A model generated the notes under the pieces. It was not told the DNA's origin. It made no database searches and saw nothing but the letters and a program-made list of their open reading frames with translations. Below are positions 12,197 through 24,876 of a DNA stretch of 64,000 nucleotides, in pieces. The number at the start of each line of letters is the position of its first letter. Positions within the stretch are counted from its first letter, which is position 1. The DNA comes from Naegleria gruberi (taxonomy: Eukaryota): assembly GCA_000004985.1 (NCBI GenBank), contig GG738881.1, one strand, 5' to 3'. Made by a program: the position numbers and the translations under genes.

Positions 12197-13741
12197 TTAC
12201 AGCTCATCAAGCAATTCAGCAAGTTTCTCCTTTGCAGCTTCATTTCCTTGAGCAGCCGACTTTTCAAACCACCAAATTGCCAATCCATCTGAAACTGCAT
12301 TCGAATCTTCCTTTGCAAAACCATAATAATAGAGACATCCCAAGTAGTACTGCGCATCAGAATTACCCTGACGTGCAGATTTCTCCAGCCATTCCTTTGC
12401 CTTATCATAATCTTGCTCTACACCCATTCCATTCAGATATAAACCTCCAAGATTCTTCTGACCTAGTGCATGACCTTGGTTGGCCGATTTTTCAAATAAT
12501 TCCCTTGCCTTCTTGTGGTTAATCTCACCGGCTAATCCATTGCTGTAGATACATCCGAGATCGTTGAGTGCATCTGGATTATTGGAGGCCTTTTCAAACC
12601 ATGATTTTGCCGTTAGAATATCAGATTTTACTCCCTTACCAGTTTGGTATAAACATCCGAGTTGATATTGAGCTATGGAGTTTCCCTGATTGGCAGATTG
12701 TTCTAGCCAATGAATGGCACGAGAAATTCTATTCGATTTGATATTTTTCAATCCCATTTGTAATTGATAGGTTTCGTCTTGTTCACACAAATTTCTAAAC
12801 TTGGATCGTGACAATTGATCCCAAAATTTCTGATCCATTTTCAATATTGAATGATGATCGTTGGAACTTTCCTTAAATCTATCTACTCGCACACTATCCA
12901 GAAACCAGTCAATTTCAGCATCCATGCCAATCACATCAAATTCATGAGCTTGTTTGACATTTGGCAAGTTCTTTAACACTTCTTGCAATTCAACAATCTT
13001 TTCAGTTACTATTTTCAAGCTCTGTACTGGCTCCTCTTCTTTCAACCAATCATTCCATTCTCTTTTTACACGTTTAAGCTTGGTCAATTCTGTCAACTTT
13101 TGCTCAGAATAAATATTTACAGATTTCTTCATTTCCAATTTACAATTTTCCAACTTTTTAAACATTTCATCAAATAACATGTCAATTCTCGATTCTATCA
13201 ATGGAACTTTCTGTCTGACAAGTTCACATGCTTGGTCAATTGATTCATCCTGACATTGATACTCATTCTCAACACGATTCATGAAATTTTGCCAATATTC
13301 AGTCCAATCCCTTGTTAAATTCATACTCTTTTCCATTTCTTCTCTATTTACATTATTGGAATTACTCAAACTTTCATTCAAACTAAAAATCTGAAACCAG
13401 CTCGAAGTTGAAGAATTTTTATTGGAAGAAACAGCAGAACCCTTCGAGCTAAGCAAACTCTTTGAACTATTTGTGGGCGAAACACTAGGAGGACGTCTAC
13501 CATTCGGTATTCCATTTGGTTGGGCCGGTAGAGGACATGTCGATGTTGAAATTTCATTACTAAGGCATTCATGATCAAGATGGCCTGGAGAGGCAGCTGA
13601 TGAATTCTTCCCCGAGGAGGAGGAGGATGAAGATGTTGTTGTCTTTATCAATGATGAATCGACAATCATTAAGGAAGAAGACAAGTGCTCCACAATCGAT
13701 TGTATCAACATTTTCTTTGATGATTTGCATAACTCACACAA
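12197..13741 (-). CDS. Sel1-like repeat (SLR) protein with N-terminal coiled-coil region
   Basis: The C-terminal half has about 5 tandem Sel1 repeats (…AQYQLGCLYQTGKGVKSD…, …LGGLYLNGMGVEQDYDKAKEWLEKSA…, …AQYYLGCLYYYGFAKEDS…). Confidence 0.75.
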   Translation of the reverse strand: MCELCKSSKKMLIQSIVEHLSSSLMIVDSSLIKTTTSSSSSSSGKNSSAASPGHLDHECLSNEISTSTCPLPAQPNGIPNGRRPPSVSPTNSSKSLLSSKGSAVSSNKNSSTSSWFQIFSLNESLSNSNNVNREEMEKSMNLTRDWTEYWQNFMNRVENEYQCQDESIDQACELVRQKVPLIESRIDMLFDEMFKKLENCKLEMKKSVNIYSEQKLTELTKLKRVKREWNDWLKEEEPVQSLKIVTEKIVELQEVLKNLPNVKQAHEFDVIGMDAEIDWFLDSVRVDRFKESSNDHHSILKMDQKFWDQLSRSKFRNLCEQDETYQLQMGLKNIKSNRISRAIHWLEQSANQGNSIAQYQLGCLYQTGKGVKSDILTAKSWFEKASNNPDALNDLGCIYSNGLAGEINHKKARELFEKSANQGHALGQKNLGGLYLNGMGVEQDYDKAKEWLEKSARQGNSDAQYYLGCLYYYGFAKEDSNAVSDGLAIWWFEKSAAQGNEAAKEKLAELLDEL

Positions 13742-14287
13742 TGAGAGTGTGAGCTTTTAACATCAACACTACAAACCCCCTCAGTTTGCACTCCTCGCTC
13801 ACAACAAACACAACAAACAATGAAGGAGGATAATGATCAGGGCGGGCACTTGTGTTAATAAGGACAAAAAAGGAACAGTTAAACGCTTAATGCATAAGCA
13901 AGGAAGAGTCGATATTCTTATCTTCCTGAATGGCTGTAAATGGGTTCCAAAAGTGGGCATGCTCATTGGAGTTTTAATACAATGGCAGTTATCCTGTAAA
14001 GTGTGGAAAATTTAAGGCAATGTTACACTAGAGCTGTGGTGTGTGTTGTATTGTATTGTGTGCACGTACTGTTATATTGAGAGAAATGGAGGTGAGCTCT
14101 TCATGATTGTTGTCAAAACAGAAAGGAATCCATTCATAGGTTGATACAATTCCTTCATATACAGTTGAGCCATTCTTTATTTCCTCATTTTGAAACGGCT
14201 GTAGAATTAAGGAGCAATAAGGATAACAAGGTGGAATATTCCTTAATCTTGATTAGTGTTGTGGAGAAACAGTAAATTGAGCATTTT

Positions 14288-15363
14288 TTACAAAATCAAG
14301 AAATTTATGAAAATTACAAAAATTATTGAGAAAGAATTCAATAATTGAATCTGCCAAGATGAAATTTGACTCACTGATCCACTACTCAATATCTTGTTCG
14401 TAATTAGTGATGAAAATGGTGTAATATCTCCATAAACTTTCAGATAACACGATGAGCATAATTTCAGAGCTTTCAACTCTTTCATTCTGGAATAAATTGC
14501 ATTCGAATTGTAGAGAAAGGTGTGGCTTGTTTGGTTGAGGATGGATTGCCAGCCACTTTCGAATGATGGGTAAGAAATGATGGTGGCCTTTTTCAGATTG
14601 GATTTGGCCCAAGTTTCGTATGTGGATTTGGTCACGACCGAAACTATGACTCCATTCTTGTCCATTTCCTTTTCGTTTGCAATGGAAATTGTGGAATTAT
14701 CCTTTTCTGATCGAATAAATCCAGCTCCACTGGCAGCATATGGACCTATCTCAGTTTGAATAGTTTATAATAGTAAAAAAACTTTCGAATACATTAAAAT
14801 GACTTACAGAGTAAGGTAACTTGAGTTTTTCTGTCTTCTGCCCAATTGACTGCTGCAATTGCAACATCACAAACTCCAGAATTTACTGCTTCTTTCATGA
14901 CTTCGAATACTCCATTCGAAACATCGAGTGGAATCATTGTTCCATTCAATTCAGAATGTGTGGAAGGATATTGATTTCGAATAGTTTGAATCAATAATCT
15001 GGCTGCCATATTATTAAAAACCATTCGAGTTGTATCGGCCGATTTTTCATAACATAAATTCAAGTTTAGTTTAGTATAGTTGAAAGTGGCTGGAAATTCC
15101 AAACCACTTCTACACGAATCGTCTCCTGGAAACATGAAACCAACTTCTGTCATGTATTGCATCCATTCCTTACTGTGGACGTATCTATTTCATTCGAATG
15201 TGTATGTTTTTATTAGAAAGTTTGGAATAATTGAAGGATCTTACCTTTGGGTAGCTATGGAAATGACATCCACAAAATTTTGAGAAACATAAACTTGACC
15301 ATAACTATTCGAAATGGTAAACATCACGATGATGAATGCTGCGCAGAGAATTAATTTCAGCAT
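14288..15363 (-). CDS. secreted bacterial-type solute-binding protein family 3 (PBPb) domain protein, 3 exons
   Basis: Exon 1 (~15245..15363) is a signal peptide (MLKLILCAAFIIVMF…). Exon 2 (~14808..15184) and exon 3 (14288..~14745) encode a type-2 periplasmic-binding fold (…GVCDVAIAAVNWAEDRKTQVTLL|CPYAASGAGFIRSEK…KSTYETWAKSNL…). Introns are ~60 nt with GTAAGA/GTAAGT donors. The hydrophobic C-terminal tail is a possible GPI signal. Confidence 0.65.
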
Positions 15364-15779
15364 TGTTCGAAACTTTTTTTTAAATTATGAAAAACCTAAT
15401 GCTTACTGGTTCGAAATTGACAGTTTTAATGTCATTTGCATGTGAGAGATTGAAATGTTGAAAGATGCAGTCCAATACAGATGCGCCATTTTCAATGCTC
15501 CTTTGATTTGGTAATCGCAATTATCATGATTAGTAATGAAATGAATTGATTGATAGAAATGGATGCTTTAACATTAGAGAGATAGTACATATTCTTACGA
15601 GATTGTAAATTGTTCATACCGTAAATAATTTCAAAATTGTCTCTTGTCAATGGATGATTTGGAATATTAACAGAGAGATTGTAAATTCTGACGCAATTGT
15701 AAATTGTTTATCTGTAAATAATTTCAATCTAAAATGGATATTATTGAAATATTACAGCTATCTTGTTAAATACTTTTTA

Positions 15780-16038
15780 TAAATCAATAAATTAATTTTA
15801 TTAAAGATTAATATTAAATCATATAGCAGATTGTATATCAGAATGGCGTTCTTTTGGTTACTCCAAGTTTAGAACAGTACTCGTCACGTCACAATCAATG
15901 AAATAATATAATCCTTAATGGTTCGTTAAGTTTAACGACCACACGATGAAACAATTTTTGAAAACTATCATTCCACTATAATAGTTCTTAATTACAATTT
16001 GGAATAATAGTAAATTGTTTCAATAATTCGTGTGGTCC
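15780..16038 (-). promoter_or_regulatory. 3'UTR of selenoprotein TrxR, expected to carry a SECIS element (exact structure not resolved by hand)
   Basis: A SECIS must sit downstream of the UGA-Gly-UAA terminus. AUGA cores occur ~68 nt and ~217 nt after the stop on the minus strand. A perfect 9-10 bp inverted repeat (plus 15946..15954 GACCACACG and 16029..16038 CGTGTGGTCC) brackets the first AUGA. Confidence 0.4.
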
Positions 16039-17760
<1,722 letters not shown>

Positions 17761-18701
17761 TTAATTAATTGATGAAGGAAATAATACGAGAAGAGAGAAA
17801 TGCTATAAATCGAAGAAGAATGCGGAAGGAAAATTTGTTGTTGGGGAGAAATGGTTATTAGGCCTACTTGAAAGCAATGTTGAGAAATTCAATTAATTGT
17901 TATTATGTGCGATTATCATGTTAGCTTAACTTCAGCTAAATTCAAAATTGAATTAATTGAAGCCTTCACCAAATAATTAAAATTAAATAGGTTCCTAATT
18001 CTCTTCATGTTATCTAATCATCATGGAGAGAAGAAGTAAAGAACAAAATCTGGTCCAGTACTATTCAGAAATTGATAACGAAGTTTGTAATACATATTGC
18101 GATTAATTAGGTGTACAAAGGTAAATAGTCATCATTGTTGAGAGTTGATTTTCCATTGAATCCTCCTCTAAAAAATTACTGTCATAAAATCGAACAAATA
18201 TTGGTTTGTATTATTTATTAGTTATTTTAATAATATGAATGCAACCAGTAAAGAATAATTATCATAGTTATTAAGAATTACTGGGAAAGAGTAAATCAGA
18301 GGAGCGTATTCGTTATCAAATCCCAATGATTAAGATCATCAACTGATGGAATTGCTACACACTTCTAATTCCTTTTCCAGCAACAGAGCGCCAATAACAT
18401 TCCCTAACGCAGTATCAATCAAGGGATAATAGTAGGAGGTGTTTCATTGATCAACCAATGTACATTGCCGCCAACCTTATTACAATGAAAAATCAGGTGG
18501 TGGGTTCAACTGGCCCTTAAGAAAAAGGTCATCACCTCTATTCCTTCTCTCTCTCCAACAGTAATGAATATTGTAAAAATCCGAGGATTTTAATAGGTCG
18601 AACACTATTTTGCGTGAACTTTTGTTGAGGGCAAGCCTTAAAATCAGCTGCGCCTTACAAGTCATTGAATACAACAACAAAAAAAAACACACAAAACAAA
18701 A

Positions 18702-18937
18702 ATGGGTCTCCTCGAAGATAGCACTCCAAGATGTGAAGGTATGGGATTGATTGTCCTCATCCTCAATATCCTTTTCCCAGGTTTGGTACCATCATTGCTG
18801 CTTTCCTCACTTCTGAAAAGGAAAAGATGACTTCTACTTTGATTGTCGGTATCCTCCAATTCATCTTGGCTTCCTTGTTGATTGGTTGGTTGTGGGCCAT
18901 CTGGTGGGGTTTCAAGATTATGCAAGCTTCTGCTTAA
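18702..18937 (+). CDS. small hydrophobic proteolipid (Pmp3/Rci2-like?), reading frame broken once as assembled
   Basis: An ATG at 18702 gives MGLLEDSTPRCEGMGLIVLILNILFP…. After a one-nt slip at a T4/C3 homopolymer (~18771..18780), the other frame continues …RFGTIIAAFLTSEKEK…LIVGILQFILASLLIGWLWAIWWGFKIMQASA* with the stop at 18935..18937. No intron solution restores the frame. Confidence 0.3.
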
Positions 18938-19300
18938 ATTTCAAGAAAATAATTTTCACATGAAAATAAAAATTGCTTAATAGCAAATGATTGAAACTTC
19001 TTGTATTCTGGTGTTTGGAAAGTTCAAGATGTCTTGAGTATGTGCAAGATCAATCCGAATAAAAGTTCAATTCATCGAACCAAGCAAGAATGATGCTATC
19101 ACCACATAACAAATATTGAATAAATAAACAGTGGTTACACAGGATGGTCTCTATGATCTTTGAAATGAAGAAATTGAACAATAGGAAGCTTGTTATGCTT
19201 CTCTAATAGATTGATAAAACTCTGTATTTTTATTCATAGAATTCTCCCACTGATGATTCCTCAATCAATTAAACCATTAAATTTATATAAATTAATAAAT

Positions 19301-20869
19301 TTATTGTTTAAGTTTCTTGGATGGTTGTGTGGATGGCTCGTCAACTTGTTCAATTTTACGACTCTTCTTTTCAGAACTTGAACTTGTTGTAACAATGTTA
19401 ATATCAACCCAAGCATCAAGTGAAGGATGAAGAACTCCACCAGAAAAGTGAGCACAAACTGTATTCAAATTAGAGTCGGAAGTGAAATAAATAAAAGTGT
19501 GCAATTCACCACATGCTGCATTAATCTTAAACTTGCTAGATTTCAAGTGCAAGTCAACGTAGTGTCTTTCAATTTTAGAGAAGGTTGACACTGATGGTTC
19601 AGCAAGTGGTGATTCTCTCATTTCATCCAAATAATAACCAAGTTGATTACAAATATTCGATCCAGTAACATAGACATGATTAATTGAAGATTGATCCTTT
19701 TCCAATGATGTGGTTGTACAAACAGTGTGATATCCACCAACACTGATATCAGAGAATGTTTTGGCAATATCTTCTGGGAGAGGTACATCATTCAAATTGG
19801 TACCATCAAGTCTATCTCTTTGTGAGGAAATCTTTTGTCCAAGTTGACCTTCCAAATATCTACCAAATCCAGCAAGACTAATCTCTTGTTCATTCTTACG
19901 GAAGAGGAAGAAGGCATGTTCACTTCCAGAAATAATTCTAGATACAGGTAATGTTGTCTTGACCAATGTTGGAGTAAAGACAGGTTCAACAAACAATTTG
20001 CTTTGTCCACAGAAATATACTTGACCATCATTTCTCAAAAACAATGACCATGCATTACCAGCTTGAACTTGAACTGTTTTGGAATCAATATCTTTACATT
20101 TCAAAAGAGAGAATTGTGGAACAATATCTTCATCTAGTAATTCTGAATTGGCATTATCACTTGGATCAAATCCTAATTTACCATTATCTGGTGAACCTGT
20201 AATATAAACTCTGTTATCATTGGTCAACATGAGAGTGTGATTAGTACCACAAGCAACTTGTAAAATACTTGTACTGGTTGGTTTGAGTTTTGACATGTCT
20301 ACAAGTTGTGGAGGATTTACAATTTTAGGTAATCCAGCAGAATCACTCAATGAACATTGACCAAAGGTATTATTTCCTGATGCATACATAACAAGTGGCC
20401 TTCTGCCAATGAAAAGATTGTAGAAATATCCACAACTCACATCAACAATATCTTCCTCAAGTAAATCACATAAAGTTGGTGTTTTTACATATTTTCTTGA
20501 TTTATAATCATCATCAACCATTGAATTTTTAAAAGAGACTGGTAAATTTTGTAAATCGTTCATACCACAACAATAAACTTTGTGAGAATCAGTGATAAAA
20601 AATGTTCTATTTGTTCCGCAAATAACCTTAACAATAGTTTGCTTGTTGAACACTTTTGTTGTATTCAATATGTGTACTTTACATTTTTCTTGTTCTTCCC
20701 TTGTCCAATACGAGTTGTGATCATGTTGAAGTAATTGACTTCCGGCTACCATATTTTGTGAAGGATGCATTGCAGAGAGAATAATATTTCTCCTCTCATA
20801 ATTTGTCGATGTTTGAACACCTAATTGATGATGACTATTATCACCAAAACACAAGATACGAAGACTCAT
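19301..20869 (-). CDS. RCC1 (regulator of chromosome condensation)-repeat protein
   Basis: A 522-aa ORF with repeated RCC1 blades (CFGDNSHHQLG, CGTNRTFFITD, SGNNTFGQCSL, ACGTNHTLMLT, AGNAWSLFL, …). Confidence 0.75.
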   Translation of the reverse strand: MSLRILCFGDNSHHQLGVQTSTNYERRNIILSAMHPSQNMVAGSQLLQHDHNSYWTREEQEKCKVHILNTTKVFNKQTIVKVICGTNRTFFITDSHKVYCCGMNDLQNLPVSFKNSMVDDDYKSRKYVKTPTLCDLLEEDIVDVSCGYFYNLFIGRRPLVMYASGNNTFGQCSLSDSAGLPKIVNPPQLVDMSKLKPTSTSILQVACGTNHTLMLTNDNRVYITGSPDNGKLGFDPSDNANSELLDEDIVPQFSLLKCKDIDSKTVQVQAGNAWSLFLRNDGQVYFCGQSKLFVEPVFTPTLVKTTLPVSRIISGSEHAFFLFRKNEQEISLAGFGRYLEGQLGQKISSQRDRLDGTNLNDVPLPEDIAKTFSDISVGGYHTVCTTTSLEKDQSSINHVYVTGSNICNQLGYYLDEMRESPLAEPSVSTFSKIERHYVDLHLKSSKFKINAACGELHTFIYFTSDSNLNTVCAHFSGGVLHPSLDAWVDINIVTTSSSSEKKSRKIEQVDEPSTQPSKKLKQ

Positions 20870-21065
20870 TTTTTTTATTATTATTTTTAATTAATATTAT
20901 TTGATGTTAACAGCAGTGTGGGTGATGGAATCTTAAAATTACGAAATTTATTGGAAGTTTTTTTTGATCAAAGAAGAAACACCTTTTTGATATGTCCATC
21001 TATTAAAGCAAATTTTATGATTGTTTGTGAGTAGAGAGAGAAAAGTGAGAGATTTACAAAATTGT

Positions 21066-22169
21066 TTATTTCTTTGGTTTAACTTGAGGTTCTTCACACA
21101 CATGAATGTAAATATAAGTATGCTTATTGTAATGTTCGTGACCCTTACTCCAATCGTAACCAACAGCATAGGCAAATAAGGAACCATCTCCATTGAAACC
21201 TGTTGAAAGCAGTGTCAAGTCGGCACCCAATTTTTTGAATTGGTGTAATCTTTGTTTTGAGGTGTGATCCCAAAAGTGGAAAGTACCATCAGCACCAGCA
21301 GTAGAAAATGATCCAAAACTTGGATGGAATGAGAGAGCATTGACTGCATATACATTGGCAGTATTTGGGCCATCTCTGTGACACTTGAAAGCAAAATTCT
21401 TCCTTGTAGTTGTTTCTTGGAAATAATTGATACCGACACGTCCTTCAATAGATCCAATTGCAAATCCTGACATGTCAGGGAAACAAGCAACACATCTGGT
21501 TTGTTCTCTGAGTGGTGATGGGTACTTTTTAAATGGTTCTTGTGGTTTTCTGACATCATAAATGTAAACTTCCTTATTAGCCAAAGCTACTACAGCCATA
21601 TTTCCTGCCACAGATACGTCATAAATCTTATCAGCTTGTGGTAGAGACATTACGGCTTGTCCATTATTATTTCTAATATCCCAGTATTTAATTGATTTAT
21701 CCCAACTTCCTGTCATTACTATAGTTTGCATTCCTTCCACTCCATCTAATGATTTAATTATTTTAATAGGTTGATCGTGTTGTCCAAAAGTTACATCCGC
21801 TTGTTGTCCTAATTGTTGATATTTAGCCTTGTTATCACAACCTGCAGAGAATATTTTACCATCCCTAGACATACAACAACAGAGAGCAGGAGCTTCATGT
21901 TTATATCTTGCCTTAGCTGATGCCATAACTTGTACCTTTCCCATATTTTGTGCTGCTTGAATTTCCCAGGCTGTGACTGATCCATCCCAAGAACTAGCAA
22001 CAATAAAATTCTGAGTAGGACACCATGAAATCATGGAAACTGTATCAGAAGGAAGATCAGGTAAACAATAACTTCCATTCGGATTAACATCTCCCATTTG
22101 TGGATTTCCTTGCATTTGTCCCATTTGAAACCCTGTAGAAGGTTGTCCCATACTTGGTTGTCCCCACAT
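21066..22169 (-). CDS. rae1: mRNA export factor Rae1/Gle2 (WD40)
   Basis: Strong similarity to Rae1 across the protein (…SWCPTQNFIVASSWDGSVTAWE…, …FKCHRDGPNTANVYAVNALSFHPSFGSFSTAGADGTFHFWD…, …YAVGYDWSKGHEHYN…). The N-terminus is Gln/Met/Gly-rich low complexity. Confidence 0.85.
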   Translation of the reverse strand: MWGQPSMGQPSTGFQMGQMQGNPQMGDVNPNGSYCLPDLPSDTVSMISWCPTQNFIVASSWDGSVTAWEIQAAQNMGKVQVMASAKARYKHEAPALCCCMSRDGKIFSAGCDNKAKYQQLGQQADVTFGQHDQPIKIIKSLDGVEGMQTIVMTGSWDKSIKYWDIRNNNGQAVMSLPQADKIYDVSVAGNMAVVALANKEVYIYDVRKPQEPFKKYPSPLREQTRCVACFPDMSGFAIGSIEGRVGINYFQETTTRKNFAFKCHRDGPNTANVYAVNALSFHPSFGSFSTAGADGTFHFWDHTSKQRLHQFKKLGADLTLLSTGFNGDGSLFAYAVGYDWSKGHEHYNKHTYIYIHVCEEPQVKPKK

Positions 22170-22576
22170 TTTCCTCTATTATTATTATTATTTATATAGT
22201 ATATATTAATTAGTATTAGTTTGATGATGAAATTCTCTCCAACAAGCTGTCGTGTGTTATTTCCAAAATTTCAAAATGAATGGAAAAATGTGTGATGAGA
22301 ATTTTTTTTGATGAATAATTTTTCTTGTGTTCTTCATCTGCATTTCAGCGTTATATTTTTAATAGAACAAAGAGAGAATTCTCTGTGAAGGAATTGAAAA
22401 GCTGTTTGTTTGTTTTAAAGGAATTCCATTGTATATATTGATCAAGATTTTACCTTCTCACTGTTCCGATATTTTCCTGTTCATGATATTAATCAATTTA
22501 CTTGGCAATCATCATCATCATGAAATAACAAATATTTAATTTATTAGATGATAAAGATCACACAATTAAAAGAAAA

Positions 22577-23116
22577 ATGAGCAAATCATCAAAGGCTATT
22601 GATTTTCCAACTTTTTATAATCTTCCACCATTCTATTCACTGCAGCCAGTGTTAGAAACGAGAGAAAAACAAAGTAAATTGTGGAGTGAAGTAATTTTGA
22701 AATATTGCGAGCATGAAAGGAAATTTGTAATTGTTATTGCTGAGGAAGAAGGAAAATTATTTTCCAATTCTACAATTAATAGAAAATTAAATAGAGAGGC
22801 TATTTATTACTTTTTGGATGATCTTGTTGCGAAGGAGAGAGGTGAATGGTTGGATAAAAAGTCCAAGGAATCAATATATATTTATTGGAAAACACCAATG
22901 GAATGGGCTGATAAGATTCAGAAATGGGTTGATGATTCGGGAGTTTCAAATACTGTTTGTACATTCTTTGAATTGTTGGAGGGAGAAACTGGAGAAGGAA
23001 CTGAATTTCATGGAATGAATAAGGACATTTTCAAGAAGGCACTTAAACTGCTAGAGAAGAGAGGAAAAGCCGAAATGTTCCAATCTGGTGACAATGAAGG
23101 TGTAAAATTCTTGTAA
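22577..23116 (+). CDS. vps25: ESCRT-II subunit Vps25 (EAP20)
   Basis: A 179-aa ORF, colinear with Vps25 (FPTFYNLPPFYSLQPVLETREKQSKLW…, …EWLDKKSKESIYIYWKTPMEWADKIQKWV…, …EGTEFHGMNKDIF…KAEMF…GVKFL). Confidence 0.9.
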   Translation: MSKSSKAIDFPTFYNLPPFYSLQPVLETREKQSKLWSEVILKYCEHERKFVIVIAEEEGKLFSNSTINRKLNREAIYYFLDDLVAKERGEWLDKKSKESIYIYWKTPMEWADKIQKWVDDSGVSNTVCTFFELLEGETGEGTEFHGMNKDIFKKALKLLEKRGKAEMFQSGDNEGVKFL

Positions 23117-23388
23117 TTTATTTTGTAAATATTTCAATACAATTATTTATTATAATTATTCATTAATATTTAATTAAATATTAATTTAAAAAACACTTCC
23201 TATATAAAAATAATAATAATGGAATAATTCAAATATATGATTTATCTAGACTTAAGATCTTTTTATTTAAAGAAATTGTGTGTGAACAAGCAACATTGAA
23301 ATGAACTGAAACATTTCCATCTCCGTACAGTACTCACAACATCCCACCATATCCACAACTGTTTTCCCATCACAAAAAAAAAGACAAT

Positions 23389-24160
23389 ATGCAGAGAAGA
23401 GGATGTTATCATCATAACCTCTTCATGGTTGGATTATTTGTCGTCACCATAATGATGGCAACACACATGTTGGTGGTGGATAATTTGGGAGGAAACTGTT
23501 ACCAAAACAATGGATTCAGCTGAGGATTATTTTGGAATGTTGTATCCAAAGGATGGTTCAACAGTTTTCAATGGATTGTTTAGTCATGGAGCTACTGCCA
23601 CGGATTTGATCTTTTCTCAATTCTTTGCTGGGGATGAATTCACAAAAACACGTTTTCACACACAATGTAGAAGTGTCAAATATTCAAGTCAGACCTGAAT
23701 TTCAACAAAATATCGACATTTTACCTAATGAAATGGACGAATCATTGTATAGATTAGTAATTGATTTATTTGGTGATTCAATTGCTACTAAAATCAAATA
23801 TGGAGGTGTTGTAGATATGACAGTTTCAGTTCGTTCATGTGAACTAAACTTTTTGAGTTTATTAATGACGCTAAGTATTAGTAGAAATTCTGATGGAAGT
23901 TTCTTTTATGAGTTTAATATACAAATGTGTGAAATCAAGGTCAATATTCCAACTGATCTCCAGATGCATCTTTGGCTCAGTACTATCCTAGGGTGTTTGT
24001 GAAATCTAAAACTGTTTCGAATAAGTGTGAGAGTAAGCTGGCTGGTACTGGTTATTTAACAACAATTGGAGATTTGATTGTTTGTTCTGGTTGTCAACCA
24101 TCTATTTCAGCAAACTTTAAGGAAGTTTCTTGTGAATGTCTTATGCTCAATAAATTGTAA
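23389..24160 (+). pseudogene. secreted-protein gene whose coding frame changes ≥3 times (pseudogene or indel errors)
   Basis: A signal-peptide ORF starting at 23389 is followed by three overlapping ORFs (23510..23698, 23625..24002, 23972..24160) that read as one protein if single-nucleotide shifts are allowed. The overlaps are too short to hold introns. Confidence 0.3.
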
Positions 24161-24267
24161 TTATATTTATTGACCCACGTTTAGTTTTCCGTATAGTTCA
24201 ATTATTGTAATCAAATGTCAAGGTTAAAGAACATCATAATCAAAAATAATAAAAACTATTTAAAAAA

Positions 24268-24615
24268 ATGAAACAATTCATCATTACACTTTGTCTCTGT
24301 CTCTTGTGTTCCCTCTTGATTATTGGCATGTCAACTGCCCAACAAAATGATGACAGGTCCGAGTATTCTCGTCCAATTCGTCAAGTAAGAAGAATTAGAA
24401 GAGAAAAACTCATCAATCAAGTTGAAACTTTATTGAAGGAATTAAAGAAACTTCACTTGGAAGAAGAACTCGCAGATTCAATGAATTTACCAAATGCTGA
24501 ATGTCTTCGTTGTTTGATGAAGAAGAATGATGATTTGAAGGACTCTGTTAAAAGTAGTGTTGGATTTGTTGGTGGTTCAATGAGATGTTTGGAAGTTTGT
24601 ACTGCTGCTAATTAA
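24268..24615 (+). CDS. small secreted hypothetical protein
   Basis: A 115-aa ORF with signal peptide MKQFIITLCLCLLCSLLIIGMSTA, a charged helical middle and C-terminal Cys residues. Confidence 0.4.
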   Translation: MKQFIITLCLCLLCSLLIIGMSTAQQNDDRSEYSRPIRQVRRIRREKLINQVETLLKELKKLHLEEELADSMNLPNAECLRCLMKKNDDLKDSVKSSVGFVGGSMRCLEVCTAAN

Positions 24616-24638
24616 AAACTTGATATTTCTGTGATTTT

Positions 24639-24646
24639 AAAAAGGT
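24639..24646 (-). terminator. Pol III oligo-T terminator after tRNA-Cys
   Basis: Minus strand reads ACCTTTTTAAAA immediately after the discriminator. Confidence 0.5.
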
Positions 24647-24735
24647 AGGGTGGTACGTGGATCGAACACGTGACCATCGGATATCTGCTGCAAATTACAT
24701 TGCAATCCGGTGCTCTACCGCTGAGCTAACCACCC
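24647..24735 (-). tRNA. tRNA-Cys (GCA) with 17-nt intron
   Basis: Minus strand reads GGGTGGTTAGCTCAGCGGTAGAGCACCGGATTGCAA[TGTAATTTGCAGCAGAT]ATCCGATGGTCACGTGTTCGATCCACGTACCACCCT. It has a 7-bp acceptor stem, a T-loop TTCGATC, anticodon loop TTGCAAA with a canonical 37/38 intron that pairs with the anticodon, and the Cys-typical U73 discriminator. A T5 run follows at plus 24639..24643. Confidence 0.7.
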
Positions 24736-24876
24736 CTTCGATCATTACTTTTAAATATTCATTTCTATAGGAACAATATCCTTAATCAACTTTTGTTTAT
24801 AATTGTAATATTTTATTTAATTGAATAGTTTAGTTAGAAACAATTTAATATGTGAGATTTTCAAGTAGTGGTGTTG

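Noticed and set aside
12181-12408. Numerous 60-120-aa ORFs antisense to or overlapping large genes (for example 12181..12408, 25838..26125, 44343..44666, 46041..46379, 50935..51318, 57901..58293)
   Set aside because: They are low-complexity shadow ORFs on the opposite strand of well-supported genes. They have no start context, homology or intron structure.
22170-22576. Possible regulatory element or small RNA in the Rae1/Vps25 divergent spacer
   Set aside because: There are only AT-rich tracts and an (ATC)n-like run. I found no conserved box or stem by eye, so I cannot support a call.
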